From Ilyomonas sp. (GTDB lineage: Bacteria > Bacteroidota > Bacteroidia > Chitinophagales > Chitinophagaceae), in assembly GCA_965277535.1 (NCBI GenBank), contig OZ255825.1, forward strand, positions 900,227 through 964,226: a DNA stretch of 64,000 nucleotides. The letters run 5' to 3'. Positions 8,986 to 17,862 of the stretch are shown piece after piece. The position numbers were made by a program, and so were the translations under genes. The notes below the pieces were generated by a model that was not told the DNA's origin, did not search any database, and saw only the letters and a list, made by a program, of their open reading frames with translations. The first letter of the stretch is position 1. Every line of letters starts with the position of its first letter.

Positions 8986-10278
8986 ATGAAATTCATCAAA
9001 ACAAAAGTCTTTCTTGTATTGCTGTCAGCCGTCTGTATGCACACTTCGTTTGCTGCAGGCAACAACGATTCTTCAAGCAAAAAAACACCCGCTGTAAAAG
9101 CCGATGCAGGTAATGCCGGACTAAAGTTGCCTTCTAATTTTTCTGCCATTGTGGTTGCCTCAAACTTAGGCACAGCACGGCATATAGCCGCTACGCCGAA
9201 AGGTGATTTGTATGTAAAAATTGATGGCAATGTAAACGGTAAAGGCATCGTGTACATTCATCCCGATAAAGACGGCAAAGCTGAAACAACTACCGGTTTT
9301 GGCGATTATGGTGGCACAGGAATTCTTATAAAAGGGGGCTATTTGTATGCTTCGTCTGATAACGATGTGTATCGTTATAAATTAGATGCTGACGGCAAAG
9401 TTGCCAATGGTGCATTGCCAGAAAAAATTGTAACCGGATTGATCAACCGGCATCATCATAGCTCCAAATCTCTGGCGTTGGATAATGACGGAAATCTGTA
9501 TGTAAATATTGGTGCACCTTCTAACATTTGTGCAGAACGCGGCAACGAAAAGAAAGGGCAAATGCCTTGCCCGCTGCTCGATTCAACCGCTGCAATATGG
9601 AAATTTAAAGCTGATAAGTTGAATCAAACCTACAGCGATGGTGTTCGCTATACTTCCGGCTTGCGCAATGTAGTTGGGCTTGACTGGAACAACACTACCA
9701 ATACTTTATTTGTAATGCAGCACGGCCGTGATAATTTAAGCACCACTTTCCCAGAATATTATACCGCAAAACAAAGTGCCGAATTGCCTGCTGAGTGCAT
9801 GTACGAATTGCACAACGGCGATAATGCAGGATGGCCTTACATGTACTATGATTGGATACAAAAAAAGAAATTTGTGTGCCCCGAATATGGCGGCGATGGC
9901 AAGAAAGAAGCCGATAGCAAATACATTAATCCGGTAGCAGCATTTCCTGGGCACATGGCGCCGGATGGCTTGTTGTTTTATACCGGAAACCAGTTTCCCG
10001 AAAAATATAAAAACGGAGCTTTCATTGCATTTCATGGCTCGTGGAACCGCGCGCCAGAACCGCAGAAAGGTTATTTGGTAGCATTTGTGCCTTTTAAAAA
10101 CGGCAAGCCCAGCGGCGATTGGGAAGTATTTGCCGATGACTTTGCCGGTGGTGCAGAATTTATGCAACCTGGCAGCGCAAAGCATCGTCCCTGCGGTTTA
10201 GCACAAGGTCCTGACGGCTCATTGTATGTAACCGATGATGCAGGTGGAAACGTTTATCGCATTTCTTATAAAAAGTAA
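8986..10278 (+). CDS. Secreted PQQ-dependent sugar/sorbosone dehydrogenase-like beta-propeller
   Basis: Signal peptide, LYVNIGAPSN, GLRNVVG, HGRD, GWPY, HMAPDGL, FHGSWNR, RPCGLAQGPDGSLYVTDD. Confidence 0.8.
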   Translation: MKFIKTKVFLVLLSAVCMHTSFAAGNNDSSSKKTPAVKADAGNAGLKLPSNFSAIVVASNLGTARHIAATPKGDLYVKIDGNVNGKGIVYIHPDKDGKAETTTGFGDYGGTGILIKGGYLYASSDNDVYRYKLDADGKVANGALPEKIVTGLINRHHHSSKSLALDNDGNLYVNIGAPSNICAERGNEKKGQMPCPLLDSTAAIWKFKADKLNQTYSDGVRYTSGLRNVVGLDWNNTTNTLFVMQHGRDNLSTTFPEYYTAKQSAELPAECMYELHNGDNAGWPYMYYDWIQKKKFVCPEYGGDGKKEADSKYINPVAAFPGHMAPDGLLFYTGNQFPEKYKNGAFIAFHGSWNRAPEPQKGYLVAFVPFKNGKPSGDWEVFADDFAGGAEFMQPGSAKHRPCGLAQGPDGSLYVTDDAGGNVYRISYKK

Positions 10279-10295
10279 TTTGTTTTCTATTTTTT

Positions 10296-10697
10296 ATGAA
10301 ATATCTATGTTTGTTTTTGCCCGTTTTTTTACTAAGCGGTTTTGTTTATTCACAAGCAAAATCTTCTTCCCCAACGGGTAAAGATGTGTATGTAAAATAT
10401 TGCCTTACTTGTCATCAGCAGGACGGCAAAGGAGTTCCCAAACTCAATCCGCCACTCATTAAAACGTCTTATGTAACCGGCGACACAAAAACCTTAATTA
10501 CCTGGGTTTTACAAGGCAGCGGTGAAGAAAAAGTACCGATTGATGGCAATTATTATAACAACAATATGCCGCCTCAGGCGGCTCTGAAAGATGATGAGCT
10601 GGCGAAAGTGCTCACTTATATTCGCAGCAGTTGGGGCAATAAAGCAAGTGCGGTTTCTTCTGCAGAAGTGAAAGCAACCAGAGCTTCTTTGAAGTAA
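10296..10697 (+). CDS. Monoheme c-type cytochrome
   Basis: Signal peptide, CLTCH heme motif, distal Met in NNMP, LTYIRSSWGN. Confidence 0.9.
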   Translation: MKYLCLFLPVFLLSGFVYSQAKSSSPTGKDVYVKYCLTCHQQDGKGVPKLNPPLIKTSYVTGDTKTLITWVLQGSGEEKVPIDGNYYNNNMPPQAALKDDELAKVLTYIRSSWGNKASAVSSAEVKATRASLK

Positions 10698-10710
10698 AAG
10701 TGTAATTCCT

Positions 10711-10761
10711 GCAAAAACAAAAGATGCCTGTAATAAGTTTACAGGCATCTTTTGTTTTTGC
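10711..10761. terminator. Intrinsic terminator, 23-bp perfect stem with GCAAAAACAAA in each arm
   Basis: GCAAAAACAAAAGATGCCTGTAA (10711-10733), loop TAAGT, exact reverse complement at 10739-10761. Confidence 0.85.
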
Positions 10762-10790
10762 CCTATTTCTTCCATGTATCTGAATAAAAA

Positions 10791-10815
10791 AATCCCGTGC
10801 ATTTATGCCGGGATT
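10791..10815 (-). terminator. Intrinsic terminator for the ERF gene
   Basis: AATCCCG...CGGGATT stem with an A-run giving a U-tract on the minus strand. Confidence 0.6.
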
Positions 10816-10844
10816 CACTCATCCTATCTGTAGAAACAATACCC

Positions 10845-11444
10845 TTAATTATCAGAATAAGCCACGCTGTTAACAATGGTTTGTAACGATGCACGTACTT
10901 GCTTACTCAGGCGAAAATGTTGTGCAATTTGCTCGATGCTGGTTGTTTTCTTCTTCAAACGGTCAACGATTTTTTCGTACACTTTTGAATCCTGATTCAA
11001 CCAGGGCTTGTCGGCAGTTGCCGTTTTACCGTTGGCTGTTTCGGCAAGTGTAGAAGAACCATGTGTGGCGGCATTTGCATCGTCGTCATCATCAATGTTT
11101 AAGCCTAACACAGCGGCCAGTGCATAACGACGCATGTAGCTGATAACACTGCCCTGTGCCTGCGGATCGCTTTTGCTTGGATTCATAAAATAATCCGTTT
11201 GCATGTACTCGCCGCTTTCGGTGTGCATAAGAACCGTAGTTAAACCATTCTGACCAGTGGGAAATTGGGTAAACGATAAACCGCTTTCTATCAAAGGCGT
11301 TTTTATCGCTTCCAGAATGTTGCTCAACGTAGCATATTTGCTGTTGAAGAATGGGTTAGTAGCGTCTTTGCCGATCTTACCCATTTTTGAATGAAAGTCG
11401 CAAAGAGCCTTTGCGATGTGAACGATTGATTGTGATTTTTCCAT
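10845..11444 (-). CDS. ERF-family single-strand annealing protein (phage-type recombinase)
   Basis: KDATNPFFNSKYATL, GLSFTQ, TVLMH.ESGEY and PQAQGSVISYMRRYAL..VLG...DDDD match the ERF superfamily motif (GS..(S/T)Y.RRY.L and DDD). Confidence 0.85.
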   Translation of the reverse strand: MEKSQSIVHIAKALCDFHSKMGKIGKDATNPFFNSKYATLSNILEAIKTPLIESGLSFTQFPTGQNGLTTVLMHTESGEYMQTDYFMNPSKSDPQAQGSVISYMRRYALAAVLGLNIDDDDDANAATHGSSTLAETANGKTATADKPWLNQDSKVYEKIVDRLKKKTTSIEQIAQHFRLSKQVRASLQTIVNSVAYSDN

Positions 11445-11859
11445 AACCTTAAATTGTACCCAAATTTACCAAATCTTTTAGTATGAAATAGAAGAAAAAG
11501 TGTGAAAGTTTTGTTGTGAATATTACCTCAAAATGCAGCTTGGCAACGGCGCTTAATTTGTTTCATAGTAAACTGAATATCAACGGATTAAATTAGAACT
11601 ATTTCAGCAAATTCAAAAATGGTTTTACTTTTATTGATTAGTAAAGCAGCAGAAACACAGTAATAAAAAATGAAACCTGTTTTTTAATGAAAACAGAGCC
11701 TTCGCAATAGCGTTTTCACCTAAAATATACAGCTTACGTTTTGTAGTTGTATATTTGAAATCGCCTGTCATCACAGACTTTTTTATAACGGTACATTCAA
11801 TTCAAAAACCGCTTACTTTCAATTTAAAAAATACAGTATTTTACAACCAACTTTACTTT

Positions 11860-12660
11860 ATGAAACTAACAGCCTTATCCGCTTTTATTTTTGTTTTTGC
11901 CCTTCTTTTTTGTTCCTGCCAAAAAGATATTCCGGATTATGTAAACGGAGCCGGTGATAGCACATCAAATAACAGCAATTCTCCGATGGTGAAAACGTAT
12001 ACTGAAGATTTATACCCGGTAAATGCGCCCGACCAACATGTAAGAGATTCGTTTGCATTGAGCTATGATAATAAAGGAAGATTGGTAAGCATGATACAAC
12101 TTGATTCAGCCAACGGACTTCAACTCAGGTATCAATATAACAACGACAATTCTATTACATTGGATCAATACGATAACGGCTCAGTGCAAACCCATGAAAT
12201 TGTTTATTTAAACAGCTTTTCTTTTACTGACAGCACGTATCAATACAACAATGAAGGCGATACATTTACAGAGAAATATACGTATGATGCAAACAGGCGG
12301 TTGATTCAAATGAACAGCTACGATTACTCGACTACAAATGGTTCTTCATTATCGGAGACAGACACTTATACCTACGATAATGATAACGATGTAATCAGAG
12401 AAGTAGATAACTATTTAAATCCACCTGGCGATTCTAATATTATTACTTCTTCTTATGCTAATCATGTTTTGAACAATTTAAACATTGGATTGAACTACCA
12501 GAACCAATCGAAATATTTGCCAGATGTTGTTACAGGCCTTGCCGGTGGAGAAACGCAAATCGCTACTCACGTTTATACATTCGATAATAAGAACCGGTTA
12601 ACAATGGATAAAGCAACGCTTAGCAATGGATACGTTGCAATTAAAAGGTATTATTACTAA
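11860..12660 (+). CDS. Hypothetical lipoprotein with YD-like repeats
   Basis: Lipoprotein signal MKLTALSAFIFVFALLFCSC-QKD, and repeated Y-D/N turns (YDNKGRL, YDANRRL, YDNDNDV, FDNKNRL). Start set at ATG 11860. Confidence 0.65.
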   Translation: MKLTALSAFIFVFALLFCSCQKDIPDYVNGAGDSTSNNSNSPMVKTYTEDLYPVNAPDQHVRDSFALSYDNKGRLVSMIQLDSANGLQLRYQYNNDNSITLDQYDNGSVQTHEIVYLNSFSFTDSTYQYNNEGDTFTEKYTYDANRRLIQMNSYDYSTTNGSSLSETDTYTYDNDNDVIREVDNYLNPPGDSNIITSSYANHVLNNLNIGLNYQNQSKYLPDVVTGLAGGETQIATHVYTFDNKNRLTMDKATLSNGYVAIKRYYY

Positions 12661-12680
12661 GCAATAATTTGCACAAAAAC

Positions 12681-12713
12681 AAAAGCCCGCTGTTGTTACA
12701 ACAGCGGGCTTTT
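12681..12713. terminator. Bidirectional intrinsic terminator
   Basis: AAAAGCCCGCTGTTG-TTA-CAACAGCGGGCTTTT between convergent genes. Confidence 0.85.
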
Positions 12714-12727
12714 TTATACGTTTATTT

Positions 12728-13918
12728 TTACTTCAACTTGGCAAGAGCTTCTTTAATTCTTGCCCATCCCTTTTCTATGTTATGCATGTTGTTGGCAAAC
12801 GAAAAACGAACACACTTCGGCTCACCAAATGCATCGCCCATAACAGAAGAAACATGCGCCGTATTGAGCAAATACATGCTGAAATCGGCAGCATTTCTGA
12901 TGTTGGTTTGACCATCGCTTTTGCCAAAATATGATGATACATCGGGAAAAATATAAAACGCACCTTCTGGCTCAAAACACTCAATGCCGGGCACCTCTTT
13001 TACCAATTCCATTACTCGCTTTCTGCGGCGGGCAAATTCTTCTACCATTTCCATACTCGGTCGTAAATCAGTAGTTAATGCAACTACAGCCGCCTTTTGT
13101 GTGATGGAACAGGTAGCACTTGTAAACTGACCTTGCAGTTTTTCGCAAGCCTTTACAATTTCAGTGTTGGCGGCAATATAACCCAGGCGCCAGCCCGTCA
13201 TGGCAAAGCCTTTGCTCAAGCCGTTAATTACAACTACTCTGTCTTTTAATTCAGAAAACTGCGCAATGCTTTCATGCGTGCCAACAAAATTGATGTATTC
13301 ATAAATTTCGTCCGCCAGAATGGTAATGTCGGGATGTTTAAGAAACACATCTTTCAAAGCTTCCAACTCTTTTTTGCTATACACTGTGCCGCTTGGGTTG
13401 CAGGGCGATGAAAAAAGGAACACTTTGGTTTTGTCGGTTATTGCTTCTTCTAACTGCTGCGGTGTAATTTTAAAACCACTTTCGGTTGTCGTATGAATCT
13501 CCACCACTTTGCCACGCGCAATTTTTACCAGTTCGCTATACGTTACCCAGTATGGCGTTGGAATAATCACTTCATCGTCGTCATCCACCAAAGCTAAAAT
13601 GACATTGCACAGGCTTTGCTTGGCACCGGTTGATGCAATGATGTTTTCAGGTTTATAATCCAGGTTATTATCGCGTTTTAATTTAAAGCAGATTGCCTCG
13701 CGCAAATCCTGATAGCCCGCCACAGGTGTATAATGGCTCCAGTTGTCCGCAATGGCTTTTACGGCAGCATCTTTAATATGCTGCGGCGTATCAAAATCAG
13801 GCTCGCCCAAACTAAGGTCAATAACATCAATTCCTTTAGCGCGAAGTTCACGTCCCAGTTTTGCCATCTTTAAAGTTTCAGGTTCGGCAAAACGATTTAA
13901 TAAAGAAGATATGTGCAT
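12728..13918 (-). CDS. aspC: Aspartate aminotransferase (class I PLP aminotransferase)
   Basis: LSLGEPDFDTP, GAKQS, SPCNPSG, DEIY, NGLSKGFAMTGWRLG, PEGAFY. Confidence 0.88.
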   Translation of the reverse strand: MHISSLLNRFAEPETLKMAKLGRELRAKGIDVIDLSLGEPDFDTPQHIKDAAVKAIADNWSHYTPVAGYQDLREAICFKLKRDNNLDYKPENIIASTGAKQSLCNVILALVDDDDEVIIPTPYWVTYSELVKIARGKVVEIHTTTESGFKITPQQLEEAITDKTKVFLFSSPCNPSGTVYSKKELEALKDVFLKHPDITILADEIYEYINFVGTHESIAQFSELKDRVVVINGLSKGFAMTGWRLGYIAANTEIVKACEKLQGQFTSATCSITQKAAVVALTTDLRPSMEMVEEFARRRKRVMELVKEVPGIECFEPEGAFYIFPDVSSYFGKSDGQTNIRNAADFSMYLLNTAHVSSVMGDAFGEPKCVRFSFANNMHNIEKGWARIKEALAKLK

Positions 13919-13941
13919 AATGAATTATAAAATTTGCGGCG

Positions 13942-13949
13942 CAAATGTA
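13942..13949 (-). promoter_or_regulatory. Candidate -7 promoter element for aspC
   Basis: TACATTTG on the minus strand, about 24 bp upstream of the ATG. Confidence 0.5.
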
Positions 13950-14069
13950 GCGATTATGAAGTATGAATTCTGTTATGTTTGAAGATGAATGAACAGATTG
14001 ACAAATTTGCCATCCTTTGTAGTGAGCAGGAAAACATTTTATAATAAAACAAAATAGAGTTGTATTAAA

Positions 14070-14534
14070 TTATGAGTTTGTTTTTGCCACTATTTCCTGC
14101 TGCTCGGCTTCCAGTTCTTTTTCCTGTTGCACAATTTTACTTAATGTAGCATCTTTCAGCATAGCTACCGTTTCATTGCGAATGTGCGCAAACACCCGTC
14201 GAATGCCGCAGGTGGTTTCATCGGTGCATTCTTCGCATCGCTGGTAATATTTATGCGCCACGCATGGCAGTAAGGCAATTGCGCCTTCAAACAAGCGCAC
14301 CACTTCGGCAATGTTAATGTCGTCAGCGCTTCGTTGTAAAAAATAACCACCCATTTTTCCTTTGCGGCTGCCTAAAATTCCTGCATTGCGAAGGTCAAGC
14401 AAAATCGCTTCTAAAAACTTACGTGGAATGTGTTCGTTCTCGGCAATTTTGCTAATTTGAATGGGCGCTTTTGCATCTTGCTTGGCAAGATAGCGCAACG
14501 CATTAATGGCATATTTTGTTTTCTTAGAAAGCAT
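14070..14534 (-). CDS. Rrf2-family transcriptional regulator with Cys cluster
   Basis: MLSKKTKYA, IPRKFLEAILLDL, SRKGKMGGYFL, C-terminal C-X8-C-X2-C-X5-C. Confidence 0.92.
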   Translation of the reverse strand: MLSKKTKYAINALRYLAKQDAKAPIQISKIAENEHIPRKFLEAILLDLRNAGILGSRKGKMGGYFLQRSADDINIAEVVRLFEGAIALLPCVAHKYYQRCEECTDETTCGIRRVFAHIRNETVAMLKDATLSKIVQQEKELEAEQQEIVAKTNS

Positions 14535-14539
14535 TGAAG

Positions 14540-14572
14540 CAAATATAGGAACACGCTTTGTAAGATGCCAAA
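14540..14572 (-). promoter_or_regulatory. Candidate promoter for rrf2 (TTTG-N21-TATATTTG)
   Basis: -7 element at 14540-14547 and -33 TTTG at 14569-14572. It ends 5 bp before the ATG. Confidence 0.55.
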
Positions 14573-14676
14573 AACCCTTTCCTTAACACCATCCAATATG
14601 CGTTGGTAGAGATACTAAGAAAAGAGTTTTTGCTTTTGCCTAAATTTAATGCCGGTACAATTGAGGATGAACGATT

Positions 14677-17619
14677 TTATTTGGCAAAACCCAAATCATA
14701 AGTGATAGCTAAATAATATATCGCACCGATGGTTGGGCCACCTGCATATTGAATGTAGCGATGGTTTAAAATATCAGAGCCGCCAGCTTTGAAAACTGTA
14801 TTGATCTTGGGCGCCTTAAACGTTACCTGTGCATCGAAAGTAGAATAAGCAGCAACGTTTCCATTCACCAAAGGGCTTTGCCAGTTGAATGAATCTTGCC
14901 AGCGCCAAACCACATTATAACCTATATTTTTTGCAACAGCACGATTGCCAAACGACAGACTGGTTGCCCAATCAGGCGTGTTAAAACCAGTCACAAAAAT
15001 ATCGTTCGGGTTTTGCGATTTGAGCTTATTAAAACTGGCATTACCGGCAATAACATACGACTTGTAAAAGTTATAATTAATGCCGATAGAAGAGCCATAA
15101 TTCACATAATTGTTTTTGGCATTGGTATAAACCCGGTATCTGTCCTGTCCGTTGCTGGCAGCCGTTGCAGGCGACGTTGAAGTGGCAGACTGGGCAGCAG
15201 CAGGGTCTCGGTTTCTATCCAGCATTGCCAAAACAGCAGCATCAGAACCAACCGTTTCACTATGCGGAACATACACTTGCACCTGTCCTAAAAATCCATT
15301 GTAAGTATTAGTGTAAGCATCAATATCAATCACCAGTTTGTTATCTAACAAAACACTTTTGTAACCTACTTCAAACGAAGTAATTTTTTCTGGACGTGCA
15401 TCAGGTAAATCGGCTTTTTGCAAAAGAGAACGGTTTGCCAGTGCAGCTGAGTCGGTATTGCCTGCGGCAGATACAACAGAATTAAATTTAATAACCGAAG
15501 CTTGAGAATAGCTGTTATCCAAGTAACCCAAACCCTGATTGATAAAGGGCAGGCTGCCAACACGGCGAACTCTTCCGTTGTTTACAAACGACAGGGCTTC
15601 AAACAAAGACGGAAAACGGTATCCCTGTTGAAACGTAGCCCGGAAATTATGCCTTTTGGCAACCGTGTAAACGGCTGAAACTCGAGGTGTAAATTTCGCC
15701 GTAAAGTACGGATTATAATCACCACGAAGCGATGCCCAAAGTTTTAGTTTTTCGTCGAAAAAAGTTTTAGAAGCTTGTACAAAGCCACCAAACTTCTTGT
15801 AATACAAATCGTGTCCGAAGTTGCCGGCAGAAGAATCTATTTTGTTTCGTTGCGTAAGAGGACGTGAGAAATCAACAAAATTGTTCCCGTCAGGTATTAC
15901 CTGATAAACACGCGCATCAGCACCCACTAATACATTCATGATTTTGATGGCATTGGTGATATCCCATTGACCTTCCACATGATACATGCGGCTCCTTTGC
16001 CATAAAGCGGCACCTCCGGTTGCAGGTGCATCAGGTATTTGGCTCGATTTAATGTCCCAATTGTTGATGCCGATAATGGAGTCTTTCAAAGCATTAAAAT
16101 AAGCTGTGCCGGGTTCCGCACGACCTGCATCGGCCTGCTGCCTTGCATAAGCGTTGGCAGCTGCTAAATTTGCCGATGTTAAGCCACCATTGTTAGTAGC
16201 ATATTGCTGCAACGCAGTTTTGTATTTGGCCGCCCACACGCTGCTGCTTCCGCCGCTTCTTAAATCAAGGTTATCAGCCAGCGGTTTTAAATTGTAAGAC
16301 TGTCCGGTGTTTTCAATCGAAACATAACCCCGTATCAAAAAGTTGGTTCCCTTCAATTCTAACTTATGATTTTGCACTACCACATTGTGCAGGGCTACTT
16401 TATTGCCACGCTGAAATACGCCATCCATCTCTCCTACCCGATAGCCATACTGCACTTCGGTGCTTTCCGTTGGTTTGTAATGCAACGAAGCATCAAACTT
16501 TACGTTCTTTACTTTGGGGTCAACCAAATCAATTTCCCGATAGCCGGTTCTTACTACGCGCAGAGTCTGATTCCCTTTTCCATCAATGGTTAAGCCACTG
16601 ATAGATGATAAATTACTGCCGGCAAGCGCATCATCGCCATACTTATTCCAGCCATCATAAGCAGTATTGTTATTTCCGTTTAAGGAAGGAAATTTAGGGT
16701 TGGCACTGGGTAGGTTATTAGGATTTTGATCAAGCATTGTATTGCTTCGCCAATCCGTTCCCTGCATATAACTCGCATTGATTTTAAAAGCAAATTTGTT
16801 GCTCCAGGCTTTGGCAAAACGAACAGCCGATTCGGTAAGAATGCTGGGCGGTGCATCAATGCCATCTACATGGTTAATACCTGTTCGCTGATACACGCTT
16901 ACACCCTGATATTTAAAAGGACTTTTGGTAAGCAGATTTGCCATACCGTTAATAGCATTCATGCCGTACAGCGCAGACGCCGCGCCAGGCGTAACTTCTA
17001 TATTTTCAATGTCCAATTCTGTGGGTCCAATGGCATTGCCCAACGGTACACCTAACGTAGCAGCCTGCATATCAACGCCATCTACCAACTGCATAAAACG
17101 GAAATTGTTAGGAATATTAAAACCTCTTGTATTGGGCACTTTAAAGGTAAGGCTTGAAGTGGTCATTTGCAAGCCTTTGATGTTTTCCATAGCATCATAA
17201 AAACTTGGCGCAGGGGCTTGCTGAAGCGTAGTTAAGCTTAGTTTTTCTATTGCCACCGGCGATTTTAAAATGCTTTCAGCCACGCGCGAAGCCGTTACCA
17301 CAACCTGGTTGGCATAAATATCTTCGGTTTTCAAAGCAATGGCAATGGGTGATGTTTCGCTTGAAACGGTAAATTCCTGGTCGGAATAACCTATATAACT
17401 AACGAGTAAAGTGATGGGCAGCTTTTGTGAAATTTTCAGTTGAAACGAACCATCGTCTTTGGTAGCGGTTGCGGCTTTTGCGCCTTTTACTTTTACCGTA
17501 GCACCCGCCAAACCAGAGGTTGAAGTAGAATCATAGATCTTACCAGAAATTAAATAACTGGTTTGCGCGTGAATTGTTTGAAATAAAAGGGTAAAAACAA
17601 ATAAGGAAAATAGCTTCAT
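14677..17619 (-). CDS. TonB-dependent receptor with N-terminal carboxypeptidase-regulatory-like domain
   Basis: Signal peptide, LLVSYIGY, VVVTASR TonB-box region, plug (TRGF, DGVD, IEVTPGAASALYGMNAING), barrel ending YYLAITYDLGFAK. Confidence 0.9.
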   Translation of the reverse strand: MKLFSLFVFTLLFQTIHAQTSYLISGKIYDSTSTSGLAGATVKVKGAKAATATKDDGSFQLKISQKLPITLLVSYIGYSDQEFTVSSETSPIAIALKTEDIYANQVVVTASRVAESILKSPVAIEKLSLTTLQQAPAPSFYDAMENIKGLQMTTSSLTFKVPNTRGFNIPNNFRFMQLVDGVDMQAATLGVPLGNAIGPTELDIENIEVTPGAASALYGMNAINGMANLLTKSPFKYQGVSVYQRTGINHVDGIDAPPSILTESAVRFAKAWSNKFAFKINASYMQGTDWRSNTMLDQNPNNLPSANPKFPSLNGNNNTAYDGWNKYGDDALAGSNLSSISGLTIDGKGNQTLRVVRTGYREIDLVDPKVKNVKFDASLHYKPTESTEVQYGYRVGEMDGVFQRGNKVALHNVVVQNHKLELKGTNFLIRGYVSIENTGQSYNLKPLADNLDLRSGGSSSVWAAKYKTALQQYATNNGGLTSANLAAANAYARQQADAGRAEPGTAYFNALKDSIIGINNWDIKSSQIPDAPATGGAALWQRSRMYHVEGQWDITNAIKIMNVLVGADARVYQVIPDGNNFVDFSRPLTQRNKIDSSAGNFGHDLYYKKFGGFVQASKTFFDEKLKLWASLRGDYNPYFTAKFTPRVSAVYTVAKRHNFRATFQQGYRFPSLFEALSFVNNGRVRRVGSLPFINQGLGYLDNSYSQASVIKFNSVVSAAGNTDSAALANRSLLQKADLPDARPEKITSFEVGYKSVLLDNKLVIDIDAYTNTYNGFLGQVQVYVPHSETVGSDAAVLAMLDRNRDPAAAQSATSTSPATAASNGQDRYRVYTNAKNNYVNYGSSIGINYNFYKSYVIAGNASFNKLKSQNPNDIFVTGFNTPDWATSLSFGNRAVAKNIGYNVVWRWQDSFNWQSPLVNGNVAAYSTFDAQVTFKAPKINTVFKAGGSDILNHRYIQYAGGPTIGAIYYLAITYDLGFAK

Positions 17620-17649
17620 GTTGCGCTTGGTTTTGTTTACTATCTAAAA

Positions 17650-17666
17650 TCTATTGATTTAGTAGA
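17650..17666. promoter_or_regulatory. Candidate Rrf2 operator TCTA-TTGATTTAG-TAGA
   Basis: Imperfect AT-rich dyad between the receptor promoter and its ATG. Assignment to Rrf2 is inference from gene order. Confidence 0.4.
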
Positions 17667-17677
17667 GTAAAGTGGCG

Positions 17678-17708
17678 CGAAAGTAATCAGTAACACGAAA
17701 TGACCAAA
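17678..17708 (-). promoter_or_regulatory. Candidate promoter for the TonB-dependent receptor (TTTG-N19-TACTTTCG)
   Basis: -7 element has one mismatch to TAnnTTTG. The -33 element is at canonical spacing. Confidence 0.5.
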
Positions 17709-17862
17709 CTTTTTTGAAATCTTTTTTCTTTAAGTAGACTTCGACGTATATAGAATATTGTTTTTCAAGATGACATGATCTCAATTTTTGAAAGATCAAA
17801 GCAAACCTGTTGTTCACAAAAAGTTCCTTTAGACTCGTGTGGTAAGAGTGATACAAAGACTG

